Assembly: GCA_025351485.1 (NCBI GenBank)
Contig: JANXVU010000140.1
Span: forward strand, 1 to 18,075
DNA: 18,075 nucleotides
Direction: 5' to 3'
Source of the DNA: Candidatus Eiseniibacteriota bacterium
Lineage (GTDB): Bacteria; Eisenbacteria; RBG-16-71-46; JACRLI01
Shown: positions 7,312 to 15,006 of the stretch, piece by piece
How the letters are laid out: every line of letters starts with the position of its first letter
How positions within the stretch are numbered: the stretch's first letter is position 1
Program-made: the position numbers and the translations under genes
Notes under the pieces: model-generated
The model's input: only the letters and a program-made list of their open reading frames with translations
What the model was told of the DNA's origin: nothing
Database searches by the model: none

Positions 7312-8526
7312 ATGACCCTGGGACGCCGCCTCTTCGCGGTCATTCTGTTGTGCCTTGGCGCGTGTGCTATTGCGGGCGCCGCGGCCGCCCAGCCTGATTC
7401 CACCGCCACGCCTGCGCCCGTCTCGCCCCCGGGCGAGGCCCCGCCGGGCGAGGCCCCGGACGCCTCGGCATCCCAGGGCGCGCCGGCTGCCGGCAATGCC
7501 ATGAACCCCAACCTCAGCGTGATCGCCTGGCTGCAGGCCACGGCGGGTTCCAAGCGCGCCAACATTCCGGCATTCCAGGAAAAGGAAGCCGAGATCGGGC
7601 TGCAGTCGGTGGTGGATCCGTACGCCCGCGCGGACTTCTTCCTGTCCGCATCCGAGAATGGGCTGGATCTGGAAGAGGGCTACCTTACGTTCACCCAGTT
7701 TCCCGCGGGGCTGGGCCTGAAGGTGGGCAAGTTCCGCAACAAGCTGGGCAAGTTCAACCAGACCCACGCCGGGGAAACGCCCTTCACCGACCGGCCGCTG
7801 GTGGCGGAGGTGTTCTTCGGGGAAGAGGGACTTTCTTCCACCGGGCTCTCGGCCTCCTACCTGGTGCCGATCCCGGACCAGTACGTGAACCTGGAGGTGG
7901 AGGTCACTTCGCCGCCCAAGGTGGATCAGGGGGGAGTGTTCGCGAGGCTGGATGACAAGCGCGGCGCGCTTCAGTACCTGGGGCGTCTCTCGGCGTTCTT
8001 CGATCTCTCGGATGCGACCAACCTGAACCTGTCGCTGACCGGCGCCAACGGTCCGGCCTCGAGCCCCGCGGATCTGGGATTGGAAAGGGGCAAGGAGCGC
8101 CTGAGCGTGGTGGGCGGCGAGATGACCGTGCGCTGGAAGAACCCGCGCCGGGCGATCTACAAGTCGCTGCTCTGGCAGACGGAGGCGTATCTGCTCGCGC
8201 TCCAGGCCAACAGCGACCACTACATTGGCACCGTCACGCCTCCCCCCAGGGCCACCGGCAACCGCAAAGGCATCTTCACCCTCCTCGACTACCAATTCGA
8301 CCGCCAGTTCCACGCCGGGTTCCGGTTCGATGTGACCCAATCGCCCAGCGCGGCGGTCACAGGTCACGAAACCGGTGAGCTGGCTTTCCTGACCTTTACG
8401 CCGAGCGAGTTCATGCTGCTCTCCCTGCAGGGGCGCCACGTGCGCAACTTCGAGGGCGGAGACGACTGGAACGAGTTCATGAAAGTGACGTTCAACATCG
8501 GGCCGCACGGCGCGCACCCGTTCTAA
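7312..8526 (+). CDS. Outer-membrane beta-barrel protein (porin-like), first gene of the metal-uptake cluster.
   Basis: GGAGG lies 11 nt upstream of the ATG. The signal peptide is MTLGRRLFAVILLCLGACAIAGAAAA (with a possible lipobox LGAC). A P/A/E-rich linker has a 15 bp in-frame tandem (PGEAP x2, 7429-7458). The body shows alternating amphipathic pattern. The C-terminus ...NIGPHGAHPF ends in Phe, typical of BAM-dependent OMPs. Confidence 0.6.
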   Translation: MTLGRRLFAVILLCLGACAIAGAAAAQPDSTATPAPVSPPGEAPPGEAPDASASQGAPAAGNAMNPNLSVIAWLQATAGSKRANIPAFQEKEAEIGLQSVVDPYARADFFLSASENGLDLEEGYLTFTQFPAGLGLKVGKFRNKLGKFNQTHAGETPFTDRPLVAEVFFGEEGLSSTGLSASYLVPIPDQYVNLEVEVTSPPKVDQGGVFARLDDKRGALQYLGRLSAFFDLSDATNLNLSLTGANGPASSPADLGLERGKERLSVVGGEMTVRWKNPRRAIYKSLLWQTEAYLLALQANSDHYIGTVTPPPRATGNRKGIFTLLDYQFDRQFHAGFRFDVTQSPSAAVTGHETGELAFLTFTPSEFMLLSLQGRHVRNFEGGDDWNEFMKVTFNIGPHGAHPF

Positions 8527-8539
8527 AGGAGTGACATCC

Positions 8540-9457
8540 ATGATTCGCAAGATGATCCTTACGCTGGCCCTGGCGCTGGCTCCCGCGCTGGCCGCGGCCA
8601 AGACGCTGGAAGTCGTCACCACCACCGAAGACCTGGCCGCGCTCGCCCGCGAAGTGGGCGGGGACAAGATCAACGTCACCAGTCTTTCGCACGGCTACCA
8701 GGACCCGCACTTCGTGGAGGCCAAGCCCAGCCTGATGGTCAAGCTGCGCAAGGCCGACCTGTACGTGGAGGTAGGCAAGGAACTGGAAGTGGGCTGGGCC
8801 CCGAACCTGATCCTGGGCTCGCGCAATCCTTCCATCCAGCCCAACACGCCCGGCTTCGTGGACGCCTCCCAGCACGTGAAGATGCTGGAAGTGCCCGCGG
8901 CCGTTTCGCGCGCGCAGGGCGACATTCACCCGTTCGGCAACCCGCACTACCAGACCGATCCCGCGAACGGCGCGCCCATGGCGCAGTCGATCGTGGAAGG
9001 CCTGGAGCGTGTGGATCCCGCCAACAAGGCCTACTACGACGGGCGCCTGGCGGACTACAGGACCCGCCTGGGCGCCGCGGTGGCGCGCTGGAAGAAGCGC
9101 GCCGACGAGATCGGCCTGCGCGGCATGAAGGTGGTGACCTACCACCGCTCGTGGCCGTACTTCGCGCAGGCGTTCGGCGTGCAGATCGTGGACTTCGTGG
9201 AACCCAAGCCCGGGATCCCGCCCACCGCCCAGCACATCCTGGAACTGGAGCAGAAGATCAAGTCCGAGGGCGTGAAGCTGATCCTAGTGGAGCCGTACTT
9301 CGACCCCAAGCAGGCCAACAAGATCGCCCAGGACACCGGAGCGAAGGTGGTGGAGATGCCGGCCTCGGTGGGCGGCAACAAGGAAGCCACCGACTGGTTC
9401 AAGCTGTTCGACAGCGAGATCTCCCTGCTGTCGCAGGCCCTGGGAAAGGGAGCCTGA
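8540..9457 (+). CDS. Cluster A-I metal ABC transporter substrate-binding protein (ZnuA/TroA/PsaA family, Zn or Mn).
   Basis: AAGGAG at 8526-8531 lies 8 nt before the ATG at 8540. The signal peptide is MIRKMILTLALALAPALAAA|K. The conserved metal-ligand motifs are DPHFVEAKPS, NPHYQTDP, TYHRSWPYFAQAFG and LVEPYFDP. There is no His-rich loop. Confidence 0.85.
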   Translation: MIRKMILTLALALAPALAAAKTLEVVTTTEDLAALAREVGGDKINVTSLSHGYQDPHFVEAKPSLMVKLRKADLYVEVGKELEVGWAPNLILGSRNPSIQPNTPGFVDASQHVKMLEVPAAVSRAQGDIHPFGNPHYQTDPANGAPMAQSIVEGLERVDPANKAYYDGRLADYRTRLGAAVARWKKRADEIGLRGMKVVTYHRSWPYFAQAFGVQIVDFVEPKPGIPPTAQHILELEQKIKSEGVKLILVEPYFDPKQANKIAQDTGAKVVEMPASVGGNKEATDWFKLFDSEISLLSQALGKGA

Positions 9458-9458
9458 C

Positions 9459-10283
9459 ATGGGGGACATCATCGCCCTGATGACTCTTCCGTTCATCGCG
9501 TGCCTGGTGATCGGAGGGCTGCACTCGTACCTCGGGCTGCACGTGGTCAAGCGGGGGGTCATCTTCGTGGACCTCTCGCTGGCGCAGATCGCCACCTTGG
9601 GAGCGGCCGTGGCCATGGCGTTCGGCATGGATGTCCACTCGCCCATGACCTTCGTGGTCTCGCTGCTGTTTGCCATTGGCGGCGCGGTGTTTTTTGCCGT
9701 GGCCCGCACCGATGAGAAGCGCGTGCCCCAGGAAGCGGTGATCGGGATCGCGTGGGCCATCTGCTACGCGGCGGTATTCCTGGTCCTGAGCAAGGCTCCC
9801 GAAGGCGCCGAAGACCTCAAGAACTTCATGGCGGGAGACCTGCTGGCCATCAACCGGCTGGATGTGATCCGGCTGGTGAGCATCTACGCCCTGATCGGGG
9901 TGGTGCACTGGTTTGCGCGCAGGCCGCTGATCGAGATCTCCAGCGACCACGAGGGCGCCCGGGAACGGGGCGTCAATGTGCGCGGCTGGGACGCGTTCTT
10001 CTATGTGACGTTTGCCGTGATGGTCACGACCTCGGTGGGAATCGTGGGGGTACTGCCTGTATTCTCGTACCTGATCGTTCCGGCGGTGATCGGGTCGCTG
10101 TTCGCCGACTCGTTCGGCAAGCGCCTTGCGATCGGCTGGGGCGTCTCGGCGCTGGTGAGCATCGCGGGCATGGTCCTGTCGTACAAGCTGGACCTGCCCA
10201 CGGCGGCCACGGTGGTGTGCACGTTCGGATTCGTGCTGCTGGTGGCCGGGATCGCGAAGCGGATCATTCCGTTGAAGGGATAG
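9459..10283 (+). CDS. ABC-3 family metal transporter permease (ZnuB/MntB/TroC-like).
   Basis: It starts 1 bp after the SBP stop. The 274 aa product has about 8 TM helices. ABC-3-type sequence is present (LHSYLGLHVVKRGVIFVDLSLAQIA..., PVFSYLIVPAVIG). Confidence 0.8.
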   Translation: MGDIIALMTLPFIACLVIGGLHSYLGLHVVKRGVIFVDLSLAQIATLGAAVAMAFGMDVHSPMTFVVSLLFAIGGAVFFAVARTDEKRVPQEAVIGIAWAICYAAVFLVLSKAPEGAEDLKNFMAGDLLAINRLDVIRLVSIYALIGVVHWFARRPLIEISSDHEGARERGVNVRGWDAFFYVTFAVMVTTSVGIVGVLPVFSYLIVPAVIGSLFADSFGKRLAIGWGVSALVSIAGMVLSYKLDLPTAATVVCTFGFVLLVAGIAKRIIPLKG

Positions 10284-10296
10284 AACCGGGGGAGCC

Positions 10297-10863
10297 ATGC
10301 GTTCCGACAATCTTCACGAACTCCCGCCCGACTTGCCCGTTCCTGGGGACGACGGCGCCGCCGACCACTTGGCTGGCGCCGCCGTCCCCGACCTCGGGCT
10401 TCTCTCCACGAACGGCCGCGAGGTATTCCTGGCCCGCGAGCCCGGCCGCACCGTGCTCTACAGCTATCCGCGCACCGGCGAGCCCGACAAGGATCCGCCC
10501 GAGGGCTGGGACATGATTCCGGGCGCCCGCGGTTGCACGCCGCAGAGCTGCGGGTTCCGCGACCATCACCAGGAACTTGCCGCGCTCGGCGCCCGCGTGT
10601 ACGGCCTCAGCACGCAGGACACCGAATACCAGCGCGAGATGGCCACGCGTCTGCACCTGCCGTTCGAGGTGCTGAGCGATGCCGGGTTCGCCCTGACGCG
10701 CGCGCTCCGGCTCCCCACCTTCGACATCGCCGGGATGACGCTCCTCAAGCGGATCGCCCTCATTCTCCGGGGCGGCCGGATCGAAAAGGTCTTCTACCCG
10801 GTGTTCCCACCGGACCGCAACGCCACCGAGGTTGTCGGGTGGCTTGAGTCGCATCCTCTTTAG
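10297..10863 (+). CDS. Thioredoxin-fold peroxiredoxin, BCP/PrxQ-like (C-x4-C).
   Basis: GGGGGAG lies just upstream of the ATG. The active-site context is GARGCTPQSCGFRD. E. coli Bcp has GCTxQACGLRD with the same Cys spacing. The adjacent block LPFEVLSDAGFALTRAL is typical of the AhpC/TSA fold. The N-terminal 35 aa extension and the insertion before the active site are unusual. Confidence 0.65.
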   Translation: MRSDNLHELPPDLPVPGDDGAADHLAGAAVPDLGLLSTNGREVFLAREPGRTVLYSYPRTGEPDKDPPEGWDMIPGARGCTPQSCGFRDHHQELAALGARVYGLSTQDTEYQREMATRLHLPFEVLSDAGFALTRALRLPTFDIAGMTLLKRIALILRGGRIEKVFYPVFPPDRNATEVVGWLESHPL

Positions 10864-10908
10864 TGCCAGGAACTTATGGTCGCCACCGCCCGCAACTCCA
10901 ATGTGCAG

Positions 10909-11134
10909 GCCCGGTTACGCCCCGCGTACCCGTTGCCATGGCGCCTGCATCTAAATACATGTCCCAAGAACGGGCCCAGTCCGGGCCCTGGGGACCCAAA
11001 AACATGAATACCACCCGCATCACCCCGCCCTAGGAAACAGTCCCGCTCGAACTGTCCCTGTCACGAAGCTCCCTGATCCGCGACAATCCAGCCGGCTACC
11101 TTGCGCGCCCGACCGTTCGTGCCCGGTTACGCCC
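10909..11134. repeat. Exact 14-mer direct repeat GCCCGGTTACGCCC, two copies 212 bp apart (10909-10922 and 11121-11134) in the flotillin leader.
   Basis: This was read directly from the sequence. Chance expectation for an exact 14-mer recurring within about 300 bp is of order 1e-3 or lower. The second copy sits 56 bp upstream of the flotillin ATG. Confidence 0.5.
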
Positions 11135-11189
11135 TCGACATCCCCGGGGTCAGGACACCACTCCGTCCGGTCTTAATGGAGGCCAATCC

Positions 11190-13235
11190 ATGTTGCTCAT
11201 GTTTGCTCTGCTCTTGCTCAAGGTCGCGGCCGGATTTTTCCTGCTGCTGGCCATCTTTGCCGTGTGGCGTTCACTGCGTTTCATCGGCCCCACCGAAGTG
11301 GGGCTGGTGCGCAAGCACTACGCGCTGGGGAAGCTCCACAATGACAACCCGGTGGCGCTCCACGGCGAGGCCGGCTACCAGGCCGAGCTGCTGATGCCGG
11401 GACTGCGCTGGAAGCTGTGGCCGATCTACTCGGTGGACCGCCGCCCGTGGGTGCAGGTGCCGGCCGGCGAGATCGGCGTGGTGATCGCCCAGGTGGGCCA
11501 GCCGCTTCCGATCGGCGCCAAGTCGGCGGTATACAAGAAGGAGTTTGCGAATTTCACCGACCTGCGCGGTTTCATCGAGCAGGGCGGGCAAAAGGGCGTG
11601 CAGCGTCCGGTGCTGCCTCCGGGAACCCTGGTGCCGATCCACCCGATCGGGTTTCTGGTCATCACCAAGCGCGAGGTCTATGGCATGCCCATCTCGCCCG
11701 AGATCAAGAGCAAGATCGGCAAGGGCGGGCAGCTGTCGCCGGAAGTGTTCGGCCTGCGGCCCGAGCAGCTGGACCTGGTGCGCATCGAGCCGCGACCGCG
11801 GGCGCAGGGCGCCGTGGTGGCGGACCTGGTTGGCATCGTGACCGTGTATGAAGGCCAGCCGCTGCCCTCGGGCGACATCGCCGGGCGCCTGGGTGGGTTC
11901 GATGATCTGGAGGAGATGGAGAAGAAGGGCGCCGACGATCTGGAGATGATCGAGCGGCTGCTCGGCAGCAAGAACGATCTGCACAACAACTACCAGGACT
12001 TCCAGGAGTTCCTGCAGGCCGGAGGGCGCATCGGGTTGCAGCACGACCCGCTGCTTTACGGCGCCTACGCACTGAACCCGTTCCTGGTGACCGTGGAGAT
12101 GGTCCCGATGCTGGTGATCAACCAGGGCGAGGTGGCGGTGATCAAGGCGTACGTCGGGCTCAAGACCCAGGACACGTCGGGCACCGAGTTCAAGTTCGGA
12201 TCCCTGGTCAAGCCGGGGCACCGGGGTGTGTGGCAGCACCCGCTGCGCACCGGCAAGTACGCCATCAACCCGCGCTGCTACCAGCCGGAAATCGTGCCGA
12301 CCGCGATCCTGACCCTGAACTGGGCGGACGCCAGTTCCGAAGCGCACAACCTGGACAAGCAGCTGCAGCAGATCGTGGCCAAGTCCAGCGAAGGGTTCGT
12401 GTTCCAGATCGATCTGCAAGTTCAGATCCACGTGCCCGACACCCAAGCGCCGCGGGTGATCAGCATGGTGGGCACCATGTTCAACCTGGTGAACGAAGTG
12501 CTGCAGGCCGCGGTGGGCAACCACTTCCGCGACAAGCTGCAGAGCATGCCGGCGGTGAAGTTCATCAGCACCCGCCAGGATGTGCAAAAGGAAGCCTACG
12601 ACCACATCCGGCACCAGTTGGAGGAGTACGAGGTCGAGACCAAGGGAGTGTACATCCAGGACGTGATCCTGCCCGCGGAACTGGTGCAGGTGCTGACCCA
12701 GCGCGAGATCGCCAACCAGGAAATCCAGACCTTCCAGAAGCAGCGCGAGGCGCAGACCGAGCGCATCGCCACGGAAAACGCCAAGGGTCTGGCCGACCAG
12801 CAGGCGGACCTGGCCAAGTCCAAGGTCGGGGTGGAGATCAAGACCAACAACGCCAACTCGCGCAAGGCCGAAGCCGACGGTGAGGCCGAGTACATCCGGC
12901 GCACCGGCTCGGCCAAGGGCGCGGAGGTGGAGGCGGTGGGTCTGGCGCGCGCCAAGGCCGTGGAAGCCACCGGTCTTGCACGTGCCCGCGGCTACGAGGC
13001 GCAGGTGAACGCGCTGGGCCAGGGCCCGACCACGGCGGTGAACGTGATTAACGCGCTGGCCGAGGGCCAGGTTCAGGTGATGCCGAACGTGCTGGTCACG
13101 GGCGGCAGCGGCGGCGGGAACGCCATCGACGGCCTGGCGGCGACCTTGATCCAGCTCTTTGCGAACAAGTCCGGGCAGGAAGGCAAGGGGCAGACGGACA
13201 AGGGCCAGGGGAGCGGCGCCACGTCGAAGAACTAG
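11190..13235 (+). CDS. Flotillin-like SPFH/band-7 family membrane protein (FloT/YqiK-like, extended 681 aa form).
   Basis: GGAGG lies 7 nt before the ATG. The N-terminal TM is LLMFALLLLKVAAGFFLLLAIFAVW. The SPFH-like start is GPTEVGLVRKHYALGKL. A long coiled-coil Ala/Glu-rich region (EAQTERIATENAKGLADQQADLAKSK...AEADGEAEYIRRTGSAKGAEVEAVGLARAKAVEATG) is followed by the flotillin-type tail MPNVLVTGGSGGGNAIDGLAATLIQLF. Confidence 0.75.
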   Translation: MLLMFALLLLKVAAGFFLLLAIFAVWRSLRFIGPTEVGLVRKHYALGKLHNDNPVALHGEAGYQAELLMPGLRWKLWPIYSVDRRPWVQVPAGEIGVVIAQVGQPLPIGAKSAVYKKEFANFTDLRGFIEQGGQKGVQRPVLPPGTLVPIHPIGFLVITKREVYGMPISPEIKSKIGKGGQLSPEVFGLRPEQLDLVRIEPRPRAQGAVVADLVGIVTVYEGQPLPSGDIAGRLGGFDDLEEMEKKGADDLEMIERLLGSKNDLHNNYQDFQEFLQAGGRIGLQHDPLLYGAYALNPFLVTVEMVPMLVINQGEVAVIKAYVGLKTQDTSGTEFKFGSLVKPGHRGVWQHPLRTGKYAINPRCYQPEIVPTAILTLNWADASSEAHNLDKQLQQIVAKSSEGFVFQIDLQVQIHVPDTQAPRVISMVGTMFNLVNEVLQAAVGNHFRDKLQSMPAVKFISTRQDVQKEAYDHIRHQLEEYEVETKGVYIQDVILPAELVQVLTQREIANQEIQTFQKQREAQTERIATENAKGLADQQADLAKSKVGVEIKTNNANSRKAEADGEAEYIRRTGSAKGAEVEAVGLARAKAVEATGLARARGYEAQVNALGQGPTTAVNVINALAEGQVQVMPNVLVTGGSGGGNAIDGLAATLIQLFANKSGQEGKGQTDKGQGSGATSKN

Positions 13236-13278
13236 AGTCACCCGGGAAGCGCCCGCGAGCGTCCGAGGCAAAAAGAGA

Positions 13279-13313
13279 GAGGCGGCCCGGAAGGCGGGCC
13301 GCCTCTTCTTCGT
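13279..13313 (+). terminator. Rho-independent terminator downstream of the flotillin gene.
   Basis: An 11 bp perfect GC-rich stem GAGGCGGCCCG (13279-13289) pairs with CGGGCCGCCTC (13295-13305) around the loop GAAGG. It is followed by TTCTTCGTT. This is 44 bp after the stop codon. Confidence 0.55.
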
Positions 13314-13419
13314 TCCGGGACCATCGTTTCCCAATCACTGCCGGAGCCCCGCCGGCGAAATTTACGTCCAAGATTCACCGATGGGCCAGGCCCGGCGTGG
13401 TAACATTCGGGCACCTGAC

Positions 13420-14262
13420 ATGCCCGAAACCAACCCCCTGCTTCATCCCACCCGCCCGTTCACCCTGATGGGCGTGCTCAACGTGACCCCCGATTCGTTC
13501 TCGGACGGGGGGCGCTACGCCGACCCCAGCCTGGCGATCGAACGGGGGCTGGCGCTCCGTGCCCTGGGCGCCGACTGGGTGGACGTGGGGGGCGAGAGCA
13601 CCCGTCCGGGATCCGAGCCGGTGGGGGCGGAAGAGGAGCTTCGAAGGATCCTTCCGGTGGTGCAAAGCCTTGTCGCCCAAGGCGTTCCGGTGTCGATCGA
13701 CACCTACCGCGCGTCCGTGGCCGAGGCCGCGGTGGGAGCGGGAGCGGGCCTCGTCAACGACATCTCCGCCTTTTCCGACCCAGCCATGGCGCCCCTGGTG
13801 GCCCGCGCCGGCGTGGCCGCCCTGCTCATGCATATGCAGGGCTCGCCGAAAAACATGCAGAAGTCCCCCCATTACTCCGATGTTGTCCTTGAGGTGCGCG
13901 CATTCCTGGCCGGAAGGCTGGAGGCCGCGGAGAGACAAGGGGTTCCACGGGCCCGCCTGGGCGTGGATCCCGGCATCGGATTCGGAAAATCCATCGAGCA
14001 CAACCTCGCACTTCTCGGCCGCCTGCGCGAACTGACCGATCTGGGAGCCCCCGTCGCGGTGGGAGTTTCAAGGAAGTCCTTCCTTGGAGCCATCACCGGG
14101 AACCCGGACCCTGGAGGCCGGCTCGCCGCCAGTCTTTCCGCCGCAGTCTGCGCCTACCAGCAGGGCGCCCGGCTATTCCGGGTGCACGACCTGAAGGAGA
14201 CCCGGGACGCCTTGATGGCGGCGGAGGCTGTAAAATCCCATGACCCCCGAAGTGCAGACTGA
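13420..14262 (+). CDS. folP: Dihydropteroate synthase.
   Basis: The pterin-binding motif MGVLNVTPDSFSDGG is present. Further conserved blocks are VDVGGESTRPG, SIDTYRASVAEAAVGAGAGLVNDIS, DPGIGFGK and VGVSRKSFLG. The in-frame ATG at 13381 is an alternative start. The track's 13159 start would run through the flotillin terminator and was rejected. Confidence 0.88.
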   Translation: MPETNPLLHPTRPFTLMGVLNVTPDSFSDGGRYADPSLAIERGLALRALGADWVDVGGESTRPGSEPVGAEEELRRILPVVQSLVAQGVPVSIDTYRASVAEAAVGAGAGLVNDISAFSDPAMAPLVARAGVAALLMHMQGSPKNMQKSPHYSDVVLEVRAFLAGRLEAAERQGVPRARLGVDPGIGFGKSIEHNLALLGRLRELTDLGAPVAVGVSRKSFLGAITGNPDPGGRLAASLSAAVCAYQQGARLFRVHDLKETRDALMAAEAVKSHDPRSAD

Positions 14263-14866
14263 TCCACTCGAGCGCGCCCACGAGGCGCTCCGCGAAGAAC
14301 ACTGGGACCGCGCCGCCGAACTCGCCCGTCTGGCGCTCCGCCAGGCCGAACTGATGGGACAGCAAAACGGCGCAGCCCTGGCCCGCTTCATCCTGGGAAC
14401 CGCCCTGGCCGGCCCGACCGATGCCTCCGAAAGTGTCCGCACCGAAGCCGAAATCCACCTGAACGCCGCCCTGTTGCACTTCTCGGAAGCCGACGAGTGT
14501 GAGCTGGCCGGCGAAACGCGGGTGCTGCTGGGCGGCTTGTGCGTGGTGCGGGCGAGGTCCACGGGCATTTCGGAGCATCTGGACCGAGCCGTGGATCACT
14601 ATAGGAGTGCCGTAGAAGACTTCACGCAAGCCGATGACCCGGTTTCGCGCTGCACGGTGCTGCACAATTTGGGTTTGTGTCTGAGTGCCCGCGCTGTGGA
14701 GGTTGGTATGTCAGCCGAGCAACGAACTTTGCTACTGGATGACGCACTGCAGTGCTTCCACGATGCCTTGGAGCTAGAGTTGGAGTGCGGCCTGAGCGGC
14801 ATGGTAGAAGCTACAGACCGGGAACGTCAGATGGCCCAAAGACAACGCGACCAGGCGCGAGCGTAG
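14240..14866 (+). CDS. Hypothetical helical-repeat protein. Codon usage is atypical in its 3' half.
   Basis: The ATG overlaps the folP 3' end by 23 bp. Residues 1-105 use genome-typical GC3-rich codons. From about 14560 onward GC falls to about 56% and rare codons appear (tta-free but ttg, cta, gca, agt). There is no recognisable catalytic motif. Confidence 0.4.
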   Translation: MTPEVQTDPLERAHEALREEHWDRAAELARLALRQAELMGQQNGAALARFILGTALAGPTDASESVRTEAEIHLNAALLHFSEADECELAGETRVLLGGLCVVRARSTGISEHLDRAVDHYRSAVEDFTQADDPVSRCTVLHNLGLCLSARAVEVGMSAEQRTLLLDDALQCFHDALELELECGLSGMVEATDRERQMAQRQRDQARA

Positions 14867-14878
14867 CGATGCCCCGAA

Positions 14879-14957
14879 GGGAGCCCGGCAAAGTCCCCAG
14901 CCGGCGAACGCGAGCGAAGCGAGCCCTGAGTCGGATGGGGAGCTTCGCCGGGCTCCC
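14879..14957. repeat. 79 bp nested palindromic element (stem-loop) in the ORF-cdaA intergenic region.
   Basis: The outer 11 bp perfect inverted repeat is GGGAGCCCGGC (14879-14889) and GCCGGGCTCCC (14947-14957). The inner 6 bp stem is TCCCCA (14894-14899) and TGGGGA (14935-14940). The apical region contains GCGAGCgaaGCGAGC. No T-tract follows, so it is not a canonical terminator. Confidence 0.5.
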
Positions 14958-15006
14958 GCCCTCGACAACGCTACTATCCGCCAAGAACCTCTGGTAGACT
15001 GGCTCT

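Noticed and set aside
11271-13334. A 687 aa antisense ORF exactly shadowing the flotillin gene, plus similar long - strand ORFs at 1350..2687, 2897..4165, 4180..6078, 7087..8679, 8492..9235, 9399..10310, 15852..16652 and 16719..17681.
   Set aside because: Each lies opposite a + strand gene with clear family motifs. Their translations are Arg/Gly/Ala/Pro/His-rich with no recognisable domains. Long stop-free antisense frames are expected at about 68% GC with strong GC3 bias.
13159-13419. Long N-terminal extension of folP from 13159.
   Set aside because: It would run through the flotillin 3' end and its intrinsic terminator. Its translation is an Arg-rich non-protein-like sequence. FolP conservation begins near MGVLNVTPDSF.
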